Positions 1 to 9,990 of a stretch of 64,000 nucleotides of DNA are shown piece after piece. A program made the position numbers and the translations under genes. The stretch is from assembly GCA_902558375.1 (NCBI GenBank), contig CACEDQ010000001.1, positions 25,929 to 89,928 of the forward strand, given 5' to 3'. This DNA is from an uncultured SAR86 cluster bacterium (GTDB taxonomy: Bacteria > Pseudomonadota > Gammaproteobacteria > Magnimaribacterales > D2472). Every line of letters starts with the position of its first letter. Positions within the stretch are counted from its first letter, which is position 1. The notes below the pieces were generated by a model that was not told the origin of the DNA, made no database searches, and was given only the letters and a program-made list of their open reading frames with translations.

Positions 1-558
1 TATGAAATAGACGAAGGCGATGGGGCTTTTTATGGACCAAAATTAGATTTTGTCTTGACAGATGCCATAGGTCGAGAATGGCAGTGTGGTACTTTTCAAG
101 CTGATTTTAATTTACCAGATAGACTTGACGCTGAGTATGTTGGAGAAGATGGTCAAAAACATCGCCCTGTAATGATTCACAGAGCTGTATTGGGATCGTT
201 TGAAAGATTTATTGGTGTCTTGATAGAAAACTACTCTGGCAAACTTCCTTTCTGGCTTGCTCCAGTTCAAGTTGCTGTAGCAACAATTATCTCTGATGTA
301 GATGATTATGCTTCTGATATAGCTAAAGAACTAGAAGATAAAGGCATTAGATGTCATTCAGATTTTAGGAATGAAAAGATAAGTTATAAAGTTAGAGAGC
401 ATAGTGCAGCAAAAGTACCAGTAATATTAGCACTAGGACAAAGAGAAAAAGAGTCTCAAACCGTTTCTATTCGAAGAATAGGAAGCGATAAAACAACTAG
501 CATGAGCCTCAAAGATGCCATAAAAACATTAACTCAAGAAAATTTAATTCCCAGTTAA
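1..558 (+). CDS. thrS: Threonine--tRNA ligase, C-terminal part (5' truncated by window)
   Basis: Frame is open from base 1: [26 protein letters not shown], and anticodon-binding domain [12 protein letters not shown]. Confidence 0.97.
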   Translation, partial: YEIDEGDGAFYGPKLDFVLTDAIGREWQCGTFQADFNLPDRLDAEYVGEDGQKHRPVMIHRAVLGSFERFIGVLIENYSGKLPFWLAPVQVAVATIISDVDDYASDIAKELEDKGIRCHSDFRNEKISYKVREHSAAKVPVILALGQREKESQTVSIRRIGSDKTTSMSLKDAIKTLTQENLIPS

Positions 559-563
559 TTTAT

Positions 564-764
564 ATGATCTTAAGAAGATTGTTCATACTTCCAATAAAGT
601 TTTACAGATATTTTATATCTCCGCTATTTCCACCTTCATGTAGATTTACACCAACATGTTCTCAATTTGCTATAGAGTCTATTGAAGAATTTGGAATTTT
701 TAAAGGTAGCATGCTCGCCATTAAAAGAATTTCTAAGTGCCATCCATGGTATAGCGAAAATTAA
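564..764 (+). CDS. yidD: Membrane protein insertion efficiency factor
   Basis: YRYFISP, CRFTPTCS and RISKCHPW motifs. Confidence 0.93.
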   Translation: MILRRLFILPIKFYRYFISPLFPPSCRFTPTCSQFAIESIEEFGIFKGSMLAIKRISKCHPWYSEN

Positions 765-922
765 TCATCTGAAAACAAGCATATATTTATTTTAGTCCAT
801 GTTAATAAGTTTTATATTTAAACATATTTAATATATCTAAAAAATATGTATATATATATTATTTAATGCTATAGTATTTAAAATAATTAAAGCTTTTAGT
901 AATACCAATAGGGGAGGTTTTT

Positions 923-3637
923 ATGGAAAAGTTATCAAGATTTACTTTGCTGTCAGCAAGTTTTCTATTTTTATTCTCAGCACATTCATTTTCTCAAGAA
1001 GTTGAAGAAGTGGTTGTTACGGCAACAAAAAAATCTGAATCAATTCAGGATCTTGCATTATCAGTCGAGGCTTATACGGCTGAGAGTCTTTCAGAAAATA
1101 TGATTGAAGATTTCAGTGACTTAGCAGAAGCTGTTCCTGGATTAATCATGGACAAGGGTATTGGTTCTGGTGCTAGTTTTTCTATGAGGGGAACAGGTTC
1201 ATACGGTGTTGGTGCTGCAGTTATAGGCTCGCTTGTTACAGCTTCAAATGGACATAGCTATAATTCATCGGCTATTGCTGATATAGGTTTCTATGATGTA
1301 GAAAGAATTGAGGTATTAAAGGGACCTCAAGGGACTAAATTTGGAAGAAATGCAGTAGCTGGCTTAATTAATATGATTACCGCAAGGCCTACTGGAGAAT
1401 TTGGTGGTGATTATAGAGTAGAGCTTGGAAATTTTGCTTCAACTCAATTCAATGGTCATATTAATGTACCTCTTACAGATTCAATAAGAACAAGATTGGC
1501 GTTTGTATCTAAGAAAAGAGATGGAACTACTCATAATATTAATACAGGAAACGACTTTAATGATATTAATGCTTGGGGTGCTAGATTTTCTTTAGATTGG
1601 GACATTGGAGATAGTACTATTTTAAAACTTACAACAGAAACTTATGAAGGAGATGATAATAGAACTAACATTGGTACTGTTTATTGTGCACCTCATCCTT
1701 TGTATGGTTGTAATCCTTTAGAACGAGGTCAGCCAAATGCGACACCAGACTCAAGAGGAAGTACCGCTGCATTATTTAATTTAATTGGTGCTTTACATTA
1801 CACAGCTGATCATAATTCGTATGCTAACTCTGTTACCCCTGATAGTTTTAGATATGCGAATTTAAATAGAGAACCAGAGCATGAACAGACTATGCAATTT
1901 TCAACTCTTGAATTAAATCACGAGCTTTCAGATGAATTAATGTTGAATGTTAAGTATTCATACGGAGATAGAGATTACTATCATTCGAATGATAATGATT
2001 ACTCAGTTGCTAGTGAATCTTTTCCAGGTTTAGCTGCAATACCAGGATTCCCAATGACATGGTTTGGTTGTTTTGGTGGATATAGAGGAACTGGGTTTTG
2101 TGAAGATATAGATTCTGACAGAACTTACGAATTCTCAGTTGTCAAAACCTATGGAAAGCAATTTGAAGTTTCATTAATTTCTGATTTTGATGGACCTTTG
2201 AATTACACTATTGGGGCATACACTTTTGATGCAAAAAATCATAACGTTTATCAAGTTCAAACAGCATCATGGCAAATGATTAGTAAGGCTGTTCAACACC
2301 CATACAATAATGCATTATTTGGTGGAGCCTTAACTGGATATGGTGGCACAGACTTCTTTACAGCCTTAGTATTAGGTGCACCTGCAACATTAACCCCTCA
2401 AGGATTAATGGCTTTATTAATGAGTCAGCCTAAATATGAGGTACCTACAGAGATTTTAGGCTTCATTAATGATGATCATGTTCATACTGAATCTAAAGCC
2501 TTATTTGGTGAAATATATTATGACCTTTCTGATGCTACTAAATTAACTTTAGGTCTAAGGTATAACGATGATACTGTCACTGATAATATTATGTCATGTC
2601 TTACTATGTTGGGCTGTGATCAGTATCCGCTTTCACAAAGATTAACAAATGAATATGGATTTTACCCAACAGAGGTAATTGAATCAGATGATGCATTAGC
2701 TTATAAATTGGCTCTTCAGCACGATCTTTCAGATAATGTGATGGTTTATGGAAGCTTTACTACTGCAGTAAAGGCAGGAGGCAATAATCCCAATGAAACT
2801 GGTACGCCAGATCCATATGATCAAGAAGAGACTTCTGTTTTGGAGCTTGGTATAAAAAGTATTCTCATGGACGGATCTTTACTTCTAAACGCAACTTATT
2901 TTGATAATACCACTGATGGAATGTTAATTTCTTCAATTGTGAATGCTGGGTCAAAAAATAATAATGTTGATGCTGAGATACAAGGTTTCGAAGGTAATAT
3001 GGTTTGGTATCTTAGTGAAACAACTAGACTTGACGCCACATGGTTGTTTGTAGATTCTGAAATAAAAGACTTTTCATTAATTGATCCGATTAATATTAAT
3101 AATGCAACGGCTCTATTATCCAACCCAATTTCAGTAGACCCTCAAGGAGTCCTGAGATACATTCTTACAGATCAAGGACCAATTTTTAAATCCGCAGGAT
3201 ATCTTTGTACTGTTCCATTTAATCCTCTTGCTCCAGGAGGAGCTTGTCCAGCAGCAGGATTAGGAACTCCAGTAGATGTTTCTGGTAATAAATTGCCTCA
3301 ATCACCTGAGTCATCATATAGCTTATCGCTTAATCATGACTTCAACACTGCAAATAGCAAAACCACTGCAAGATTGACTTACAGATATCAATCTGAAAGA
3401 GAGGGTAATGTTTTCAATTCAGACAGGTCAAGAATGCCGGAACATAAATTCTTCGATTTAAGTGTTACATATAAGCCAAATGAAAACGATTGGTATGCAT
3501 CACTTTTTGTTAAGAATATTGGTGATGATGTTTATATTGGAACATGGGCTGCAGCTAGTGCCCTTCAAGGTGGAGCACAATTTGCAACTTATACCGATCC
3601 AAGAACTTATGGAATAGCATTTGGTAAAACTTTTTAA
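923..3637 (+). CDS. TonB-dependent receptor
   Basis: Signal peptide, TonB box EEVVVTA, plug motif RIEVLKGPQGT, C-terminal Phe (PRTYGIAFGKTF); SD GGGGAGG upstream. Confidence 0.95.
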   Translation: MEKLSRFTLLSASFLFLFSAHSFSQEVEEVVVTATKKSESIQDLALSVEAYTAESLSENMIEDFSDLAEAVPGLIMDKGIGSGASFSMRGTGSYGVGAAVIGSLVTASNGHSYNSSAIADIGFYDVERIEVLKGPQGTKFGRNAVAGLINMITARPTGEFGGDYRVELGNFASTQFNGHINVPLTDSIRTRLAFVSKKRDGTTHNINTGNDFNDINAWGARFSLDWDIGDSTILKLTTETYEGDDNRTNIGTVYCAPHPLYGCNPLERGQPNATPDSRGSTAALFNLIGALHYTADHNSYANSVTPDSFRYANLNREPEHEQTMQFSTLELNHELSDELMLNVKYSYGDRDYYHSNDNDYSVASESFPGLAAIPGFPMTWFGCFGGYRGTGFCEDIDSDRTYEFSVVKTYGKQFEVSLISDFDGPLNYTIGAYTFDAKNHNVYQVQTASWQMISKAVQHPYNNALFGGALTGYGGTDFFTALVLGAPATLTPQGLMALLMSQPKYEVPTEILGFINDDHVHTESKALFGEIYYDLSDATKLTLGLRYNDDTVTDNIMSCLTMLGCDQYPLSQRLTNEYGFYPTEVIESDDALAYKLALQHDLSDNVMVYGSFTTAVKAGGNNPNETGTPDPYDQEETSVLELGIKSILMDGSLLLNATYFDNTTDGMLISSIVNAGSKNNNVDAEIQGFEGNMVWYLSETTRLDATWLFVDSEIKDFSLIDPININNATALLSNPISVDPQGVLRYILTDQGPIFKSAGYLCTVPFNPLAPGGACPAAGLGTPVDVSGNKLPQSPESSYSLSLNHDFNTANSKTTARLTYRYQSEREGNVFNSDRSRMPEHKFFDLSVTYKPNENDWYASLFVKNIGDDVYIGTWAAASALQGGAQFATYTDPRTYGIAFGKTF

Positions 3638-3654
3638 AGTGTAAATTAGTTAAT

Positions 3655-3681
3655 AATAGGGCTGGGTAACCAGCCTTATTT
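3655..3681 (+). terminator. Probable intrinsic terminator
   Basis: Hairpin AATAGGGCTGG-GTAA-CCAGCCTTATT after the receptor stop; short T tail. Confidence 0.7.
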
Positions 3682-3785
3682 GTACTAACAAAATTTATAT
3701 ATAAAATTTATATGCAATTTATATCCAAATCTTTCATTAAGTAGCCTACTCTAGGCATATTAACGATTATATATAGGGGATTTTA

Positions 3786-6548
3786 ATGTCAAAATTATAT
3801 GTATTTTTAAGGAACGCCGTACTGTCATCTGTAGTACTTTTTTCATTCACTATTTCTGCTTCAGAAATTGAAGAAGTTGTTGTTACAGCAACTAAGAAAG
3901 AAGAGTCTACACAGGACTTAGCGTTATCTATTGAGGCTGTAACAGCTGAATCACTGGATGTGAATCAGGTATATGATGTCTCAGACCTTGCTGAAATCAC
4001 ACCAGGTCTTGAAACTTCAAAAACTATTGGTTCTGGATCTGGATGGACTATCAGGGGTATGGGCTCATTTGGTATCGGAGCTGGTGTAATTGCATCAGTA
4101 GTAACAGCTGTTAATGGACACAGCGTTAATGACAGTGTTGTCGCTGATACTGGTTTCTTTGACTTAGAAAGGGTAGAGGTTCTTAAAGGTCCTCAAGGAA
4201 CTTTGTACGGAAGAAACGCTGCTAACGGTGTTATCAACTTAATTACTGCTAGACCAACAAGTGAATTTGAAGGCTCATATGGGGTTGAGGTTGGTAATTT
4301 TGGTGCAATTAGAACAAATGCAGTCGTCAATATGCCATTAGGAGATTCCCTAAGAACAAGACTTGCAGTAATGTCTAATAAAAGAGACGGCATGGTTCAA
4401 AATCTTGTTACTGGAAATGAGTTTGATGATAGAAATGATATGGCATTCAGGCTTTCAGTTGACTATGATCTGTCTGATAGTACCCAAATACAATTTACTT
4501 ACTCTGATCAAGAAAGTGATGATAATAGATACCAAGAAGAGGTATCATTTTGTCAACAAGATCCTTTTTATGGATGTAGTCCATATGCAAGAGGCGGTTT
4601 AAATGTTGCTGCGGATACAAGAGGTCATTTTGCAGGTGCATTTGCATTTTTAGCTCATTTAAATACTGGTGAAGTTGCAAATGGTTTTGCAGGTCAAACA
4701 GCATCTGATGATTTCACTAGAGTCTCAATGAATAGAGAGCCTTCTCATTTTCAAAGACAAACAGTTGCTAACTTACAAATCAATCATGACTTAACCGATG
4801 ATTTGCTTTTAACAGCAAAAGTTTCTTATGAGACTAGAGATTTCCACCAAAGCGGTGACCAAGATCAATCATATTCTACTGCTCCATTTACTGGAACAGC
4901 AGCTGCTTTAGGCGTACCTCCAATTTCAGGATATCTTTGTTTTGGTGGCGAAAGACAATTCTGTGAAACTGTTGATTCAGAAAGAATTTATGATTTCTCA
5001 GATGTGAACATGCATGGTACACAAATGGAAGTAAATATAATCTCTGATTATGATGGACCATTTAACTACACTGTTGGTTTATATAACATTGAAAACAGAA
5101 ATGATAATGTTTATTTAGCACAAACTGCTGGTTCACAGTTTATGACAAGTTTTGGAGTTCACCCTTACAGTGCTGTGGTTCAAGGACTAACAGGCATAGA
5201 CTGGAGTGGTAAAGCTGGTGTACCTTTCTATCAATCAATGCTGAGCTGGTTAGCAGTAGCACCAAATGCTTTATCATGTGGCGCAGGCGGCCCATGTGAT
5301 TTAGCTCAACTAACTGCCTTTAATCAATTAACTGCAGCTCACAATGCATTGCCTGATATGGTAATACCTTGGGAGTTAGGCGGTATTATTAATGATCAGA
5401 ACGTTCTTACAAAATCAAGTGCTTTGTATGGTGAAATGTATTTTGACCTTTCAGATGATACTAGGTTAACACTTGGAGCTCGTTACCAAGAAGATGACGT
5501 AACATCATGGACTTATAATGACACTGGTGGTATTAGCTGGATGCAAGCAGGTGGCTTTATGGTTGAAAACAGAGATACTTTGCCATTCGTAGACAAAGAT
5601 AGTGCTACTGATGATCAGTTCTCATATAAGATTGCTTTACAGCATAACCTATCTGATGACGTTATGGTTTACGGTAGTTACACAACAGCTGCTAAAGCTG
5701 GTGGAGTCAATGCTGGTGATAACCCAACAAAATATGACCCAGAAAAATCTGGTGTTTTAGACCTTGGTTTGAAGAGTATTCTTATGGACGGAGCAATGCT
5801 TCTTAACATGAATGTATTCAATGCTAAAAATGACGGTTTCTTAGTTGCTGCAGTTGTTAATACTGGAACTCAGAATAAAAATATCGACGCTGAATTTACT
5901 GGGTTTGAAGGTAATATGATGTGGTTCCTAACAGAAACAACTAAGCTTGAAGCTAACTGGTTATTTTTAGACCACGAAATAGTATCAGATACTATGTTGA
6001 TAGATTACTTAAATCCAACAGGCACACCACTTGGATACATTGGTTCAGCTCCAGGTGCTTTTGGTTTAACGACTATGGCTGTAAATCCAGCAGATGGATC
6101 TATCTTCTTTAAATCTGCAGGTTATAACTGTTCTGTTCCATTCTTATATGTAAATGGATGTGGCGGTGTAGACGGTTATGCGCAAAGCGTTAAAGGAAAT
6201 AATGTTCCTGGTTCTGCTGATGAGTCATACGGAATGTCATTAACCCAAGACTTTAATTCTACAAGTGGTACAACATCAATGAGACTTTCATATAGATATA
6301 GAGGCGATGCTGATTTAAGTGTCTTCAATATGGATAGATTGAAAGTAGATGGATATGCCACTATGGACTTATTGGTAAGATTTACTCCTAACAGCGATGA
6401 TTGGTATGCAGGTATATATGTTAAAAATCTTAGAGATCAACAACATGTAAATGCATTACGTGAATCAAGTAATGTTGGTGGTGGTTCTTTGCTTGGTGCA
6501 TTTACTGACCCACAAACTTACGGTATCGAATTTGGAGCAAAATTCTAA
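3786..6548 (+). CDS. TonB-dependent receptor (paralog of 923..3637)
   Basis: EEVVVTA, RVEVLKGPQGTLYGRN, C-terminal TYGIEFGAKF. Confidence 0.95.
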   Translation: MSKLYVFLRNAVLSSVVLFSFTISASEIEEVVVTATKKEESTQDLALSIEAVTAESLDVNQVYDVSDLAEITPGLETSKTIGSGSGWTIRGMGSFGIGAGVIASVVTAVNGHSVNDSVVADTGFFDLERVEVLKGPQGTLYGRNAANGVINLITARPTSEFEGSYGVEVGNFGAIRTNAVVNMPLGDSLRTRLAVMSNKRDGMVQNLVTGNEFDDRNDMAFRLSVDYDLSDSTQIQFTYSDQESDDNRYQEEVSFCQQDPFYGCSPYARGGLNVAADTRGHFAGAFAFLAHLNTGEVANGFAGQTASDDFTRVSMNREPSHFQRQTVANLQINHDLTDDLLLTAKVSYETRDFHQSGDQDQSYSTAPFTGTAAALGVPPISGYLCFGGERQFCETVDSERIYDFSDVNMHGTQMEVNIISDYDGPFNYTVGLYNIENRNDNVYLAQTAGSQFMTSFGVHPYSAVVQGLTGIDWSGKAGVPFYQSMLSWLAVAPNALSCGAGGPCDLAQLTAFNQLTAAHNALPDMVIPWELGGIINDQNVLTKSSALYGEMYFDLSDDTRLTLGARYQEDDVTSWTYNDTGGISWMQAGGFMVENRDTLPFVDKDSATDDQFSYKIALQHNLSDDVMVYGSYTTAAKAGGVNAGDNPTKYDPEKSGVLDLGLKSILMDGAMLLNMNVFNAKNDGFLVAAVVNTGTQNKNIDAEFTGFEGNMMWFLTETTKLEANWLFLDHEIVSDTMLIDYLNPTGTPLGYIGSAPGAFGLTTMAVNPADGSIFFKSAGYNCSVPFLYVNGCGGVDGYAQSVKGNNVPGSADESYGMSLTQDFNSTSGTTSMRLSYRYRGDADLSVFNMDRLKVDGYATMDLLVRFTPNSDDWYAGIYVKNLRDQQHVNALRESSNVGGGSLLGAFTDPQTYGIEFGAKF

Positions 6549-6564
6549 TACTACATAAATATTT

Positions 6565-6594
6565 AAAAAGCCCAGTTTACTGGGCTTTTTTTTT
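6565..6594 (+). terminator. Intrinsic terminator
   Basis: AAAAAGCCCAGT-TT-ACTGGGC followed by T9. Confidence 0.9.
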
Positions 6595-6610
6595 ACTTCA
6601 TACTTAACGG

Positions 6611-7084
6611 ATGCAAGCACTTCCATATAAATCCGAAATAAAAATTGTTTCCAAAGATATGTGTGATCACAATGGCCACATGAATGTTAATTATTATTAC
6701 CAACTCTTTGATAGTGTTTATACTGCCATGTATTACGAAGATCTTGGTTTTGATGACACGTATCTGGCAAGCGGGTTTTCAACATTTACTCTTGAAGACA
6801 GTATTAGATATTTAAAAGAATTTAAATTAGAAGATAAGGTATATCCATCATTCCATCTTGTAAATGTAAATAAAAAGTTACTCCATTTTGTAGGTATTCT
6901 TCAGAATGAAGCTGGAGAATTGTCAGCAATATTCGAAACAGTTTTAGCTCATATGGATCTCCATGCTCGAAAAGTAACAGAGTTCAGTGACAAAAAGCTA
7001 AAAAACTTACTTGAATACAAGTCTTCAAATGAGCTAACAGAAAATCTTCCATTTGACCTTAAATTAAAAATAAGAGACCTTTAG
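6611..7084 (+). CDS. Hot-dog fold acyl-CoA thioesterase
   Basis: DHNGHMNVNYY motif of 4HBT-like thioesterases. Confidence 0.85.
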   Translation: MQALPYKSEIKIVSKDMCDHNGHMNVNYYYQLFDSVYTAMYYEDLGFDDTYLASGFSTFTLEDSIRYLKEFKLEDKVYPSFHLVNVNKKLLHFVGILQNEAGELSAIFETVLAHMDLHARKVTEFSDKKLKNLLEYKSSNELTENLPFDLKLKIRDL

Positions 7085-8080
7085 ATGCTTAAAATCTTCT
7101 TTACTTTTATCTTATTTTTCTCATTACATCATTTAAATGCAGAAAACATTAGTGTTATGTCTATCAATGCTCAAAACTTATTTGATACCATTGATGATCC
7201 TGGAAAAGATGATAAAGCATTTTTACCCTTAGAAATGAAGCAATCTGAAAATCACAAGAATTCATGTAATTCTATTACAGTTAGGAGATGGAGAATGGAA
7301 TGCTTCTTTCAAGACTGGAACGAGGAAACAAAAAATGCAAAACTTCGCAACCTTGTAGAAGTAATCATTTCTTACGATAAAAATGGGGCAGATGTAATCG
7401 GACTTCAAGAAATTGAAAATATGAATATTTTGGAGCAACTATTTAATCTTTTAAAGCCCTATGGCTATGTAGATTTTCATTTACTTGAGAGTACTGATAA
7501 GAGGGGTGTTGATACAGCTTTTATAAGTAAATATAAGATTTCTAATCCAAAACTACACTATGTAAATTTCTCTCCAAATTTTGAGACCATAGATACTAGA
7601 CCAATATTTGAGGTTGAAATAAATTTTAATCAAAAAACATTAAAGTTTTATAACGTTCACTTTCCTTCAAACTTTCATCCAGCACAAATGAGGATTGAAT
7701 CATTCCAAAAGTTAAAAGAGCTAATAGCTAGTCATTCTGAGCCATCAGTAGCTTTGGGTGATTTTAATCTTACCAAAAAGGATGATAAGAAATTCGATGT
7801 TTATAAAAATCAAGAAGATTATTGGTATGTTGCACACAGAGAAGGTTGCGATTCATGCCTGGGAACCTATTACTATAGTAGAGGTAAGTCATGGGACTAT
7901 CTCGATACTATAATGGTTTCAAGGAATAGAGGAGTTAAATTTGAAGAAAGCTCTATAAACGTTTTTAAAATAGATTTTAATACCTACCTAGATACGGGTA
8001 AGCCACATTGGTTTAATTCAGAATCTAAAACAGGAGTTTCTGATCACTTCCCATTTGTTGCAAAAATAACTATCAATTAG
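7085..8080 (+). CDS. Secreted endonuclease/exonuclease/phosphatase family protein
   Basis: Signal peptide; NAQNLFD, LQEIEN, LGDFN and SDHFP motifs. Confidence 0.88.
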   Translation: MLKIFFTFILFFSLHHLNAENISVMSINAQNLFDTIDDPGKDDKAFLPLEMKQSENHKNSCNSITVRRWRMECFFQDWNEETKNAKLRNLVEVIISYDKNGADVIGLQEIENMNILEQLFNLLKPYGYVDFHLLESTDKRGVDTAFISKYKISNPKLHYVNFSPNFETIDTRPIFEVEINFNQKTLKFYNVHFPSNFHPAQMRIESFQKLKELIASHSEPSVALGDFNLTKKDDKKFDVYKNQEDYWYVAHREGCDSCLGTYYYSRGKSWDYLDTIMVSRNRGVKFEESSINVFKIDFNTYLDTGKPHWFNSESKTGVSDHFPFVAKITIN

Positions 8081-8479
8081 CTATTTTCTCCAGCCACCTC
8101 TATCAAAAATTCTTAAGTAAGTTAGCTGATCATGTTCGGATAAATTTATGACCTTACAATAGTCACCAGATTGGACAAGAACAACATCTCCAGCTGTTAA
8201 ATCATATGAGTCTTTATGCTCAACACCATATGATGGGTCAGATCCATGACCTTCATCAGAGTTCATGTATTCAACAATTTCCATTGAGCCTCTACCATTA
8301 GTAATAACATAAACGACATCAGAATTAATTAATTTATGTCCTTGTGTGGACTTACCAGGCTGTATAACTGTTTTACTAGCTATAACTCTTTCAAGTAGGT
8401 CATTTGTCCATACTGCATAGTCTTCATTTACATTGTGTGGCGAACCGCCAACTCTAAAATTATTGTATTTTTTTGCCAT
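8081..8479 (-). CDS. Cupin-domain protein
   Basis: IQPGKSTQGH..VYVITNGRGSM and LTAGDVVLV cupin strands. Confidence 0.75.
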   Translation of the reverse strand: MAKKYNNFRVGGSPHNVNEDYAVWTNDLLERVIASKTVIQPGKSTQGHKLINSDVVYVITNGRGSMEIVEYMNSDEGHGSDPSYGVEHKDSYDLTAGDVVLVQSGDYCKVINLSEHDQLTYLRIFDRGGWRK

Positions 8480-8583
8480 AATATTTATATGTCCTTTCGA
8501 ATAATTATAGTTATTTTAATTAAACATGCTAGTAAATACTTCTTTAGCCTGTTGTTATTGTTGCATATAAAATATAATGGAAA

Positions 8584-8635
8584 TGCGCTTATTTGATATC
8601 AGCTTGCCGGCGCAAAAAAAATTGGCTAAAGAGAA
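8584..8635 (+). ncRNA. SAM-II (SAM-alpha) riboswitch
   Basis: P1 TGCGCT/GGCGCA encloses ATTTG..AGCTTGC, followed by an A-rich linker and GCTAAAG; it lies upstream of metY and just downstream of TATAAT (8573-8578). Confidence 0.85.
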
Positions 8636-8690
8636 CTTAGAACAATCTTCTCTCAGTTGATGTTTTAATATTTTTACTAAAGGAAACATT

Positions 8691-9983
8691 ATGAGCAAAA
8701 CATATACAAACCCAGAAACGATTGGACTTCATGCCGGATGGAGGAAGGACGACAATACTAACTCAGTAGCAGTACCAATTCATCAAACAACAAGTTATCA
8801 GTTTGACAATACAGACCATGCTGCAAATTTATTTGCATTATCTGAGCTAGGTAATATTTATTCAAGAATCATGAATCCAACCTGCGCTGTGCTTGAAGAT
8901 AGAATAGCTGCTTTAGAAGGTGGTGTTGGAGCATTAGCTGTAGCATCAGGACAAGCTGCATCAGCATATGCAATTCAAAATATTGCAAAGAATGGAGATA
9001 ATATTGTTGCTTCATCTCATTTATACGGTGGAACATATAACCAATTTAAAAATGTGTTCTCAGATATGGGCATTGAAGTTAGATTTGTAGATCCAGCTGA
9101 CCCACAAAATTTTGCTAATGCTACCGATGATAAGACTAGAGCATATTATGGTGAAGTTTTACCAAACCCAAGCTTTGAGGTATTCCCAATATCTGAAGTT
9201 GCTGAAATAGGCAGACCTTTAGGGATACCATTAATTGTTGATAATACAGCTGCACCTGTAATATGTAAGCCCTTTGATCACGGAGCTGCCGTAGTAATAC
9301 ACTCCACAACTAAATTTATAGGCGGTCATGGAACTTCAATTGGTGGAATTATTGTTGATAGTGGTAATTTTGATTGGGAAGCTTTTCCTGAAAGACAGCC
9401 TGCATTAAATAATCCAGATCCTTCATATGCCGGTGCTGTTTGGACTGAAGCTGTAAAGCCGCTTGGACCTATCGCTTATATACTCAAGGCTAGAACGACT
9501 ATTCTAAGAGATATGGGTGCTGCTATGAGTCCATTTAATGCATTTATGTTCATTCAAGGTTTAGAAACGCTTGCACTAAGAATGAGAGAGCATTCAAGTA
9601 ATGCAGAAAAAGTTGCTGATTATCTATCAAACCACGAATCTGTTGAAAGAGTTGGCTATCCTTCAAAAATGGATGGCTACGCTAAAGAAAGAGCTGACAA
9701 GTACCTAACTAAAGGGAATGGTGCTCTTATGGGCTTTGAGATAAAAGGTGGCGTAGAGGCAGGAAAGAAATTTATTGATGCCTTAGAGATGGTCTATCAC
9801 GTTGCAAATATTGGCGATTCAAGAAGTTTAGCTATTCACCCTGCAAGTACTACTCACAGTCAGTTAAATGAAGAAGAGCTTCTTTCAGCTGGTGTCACAC
9901 CTGGATACGTAAGACTATCAATTGGTCTTGAGCATGTTGATGACATTATTGCTGACTTTGAACAAGCTTTAGCAAAGATATAA
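8691..9983 (+). CDS. metY: O-acetylhomoserine aminocarboxypropyltransferase (sulfhydrylase)
   Basis: PLP Cys/Met-metabolism motifs YSRIMNPT, ASGQAA, HSTTKFIGGHG, HVANIGD, IHPASTTHSQL. Confidence 0.93.
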   Translation: MSKTYTNPETIGLHAGWRKDDNTNSVAVPIHQTTSYQFDNTDHAANLFALSELGNIYSRIMNPTCAVLEDRIAALEGGVGALAVASGQAASAYAIQNIAKNGDNIVASSHLYGGTYNQFKNVFSDMGIEVRFVDPADPQNFANATDDKTRAYYGEVLPNPSFEVFPISEVAEIGRPLGIPLIVDNTAAPVICKPFDHGAAVVIHSTTKFIGGHGTSIGGIIVDSGNFDWEAFPERQPALNNPDPSYAGAVWTEAVKPLGPIAYILKARTTILRDMGAAMSPFNAFMFIQGLETLALRMREHSSNAEKVADYLSNHESVERVGYPSKMDGYAKERADKYLTKGNGALMGFEIKGGVEAGKKFIDALEMVYHVANIGDSRSLAIHPASTTHSQLNEEELLSAGVTPGYVRLSIGLEHVDDIIADFEQALAKI

Positions 9984-9990
9984 TTTAATC

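Noticed and set aside
765-922. TA-dinucleotide run as a repeat or sRNA
   Set aside because: Low-complexity AT-rich promoter DNA with no stable structure
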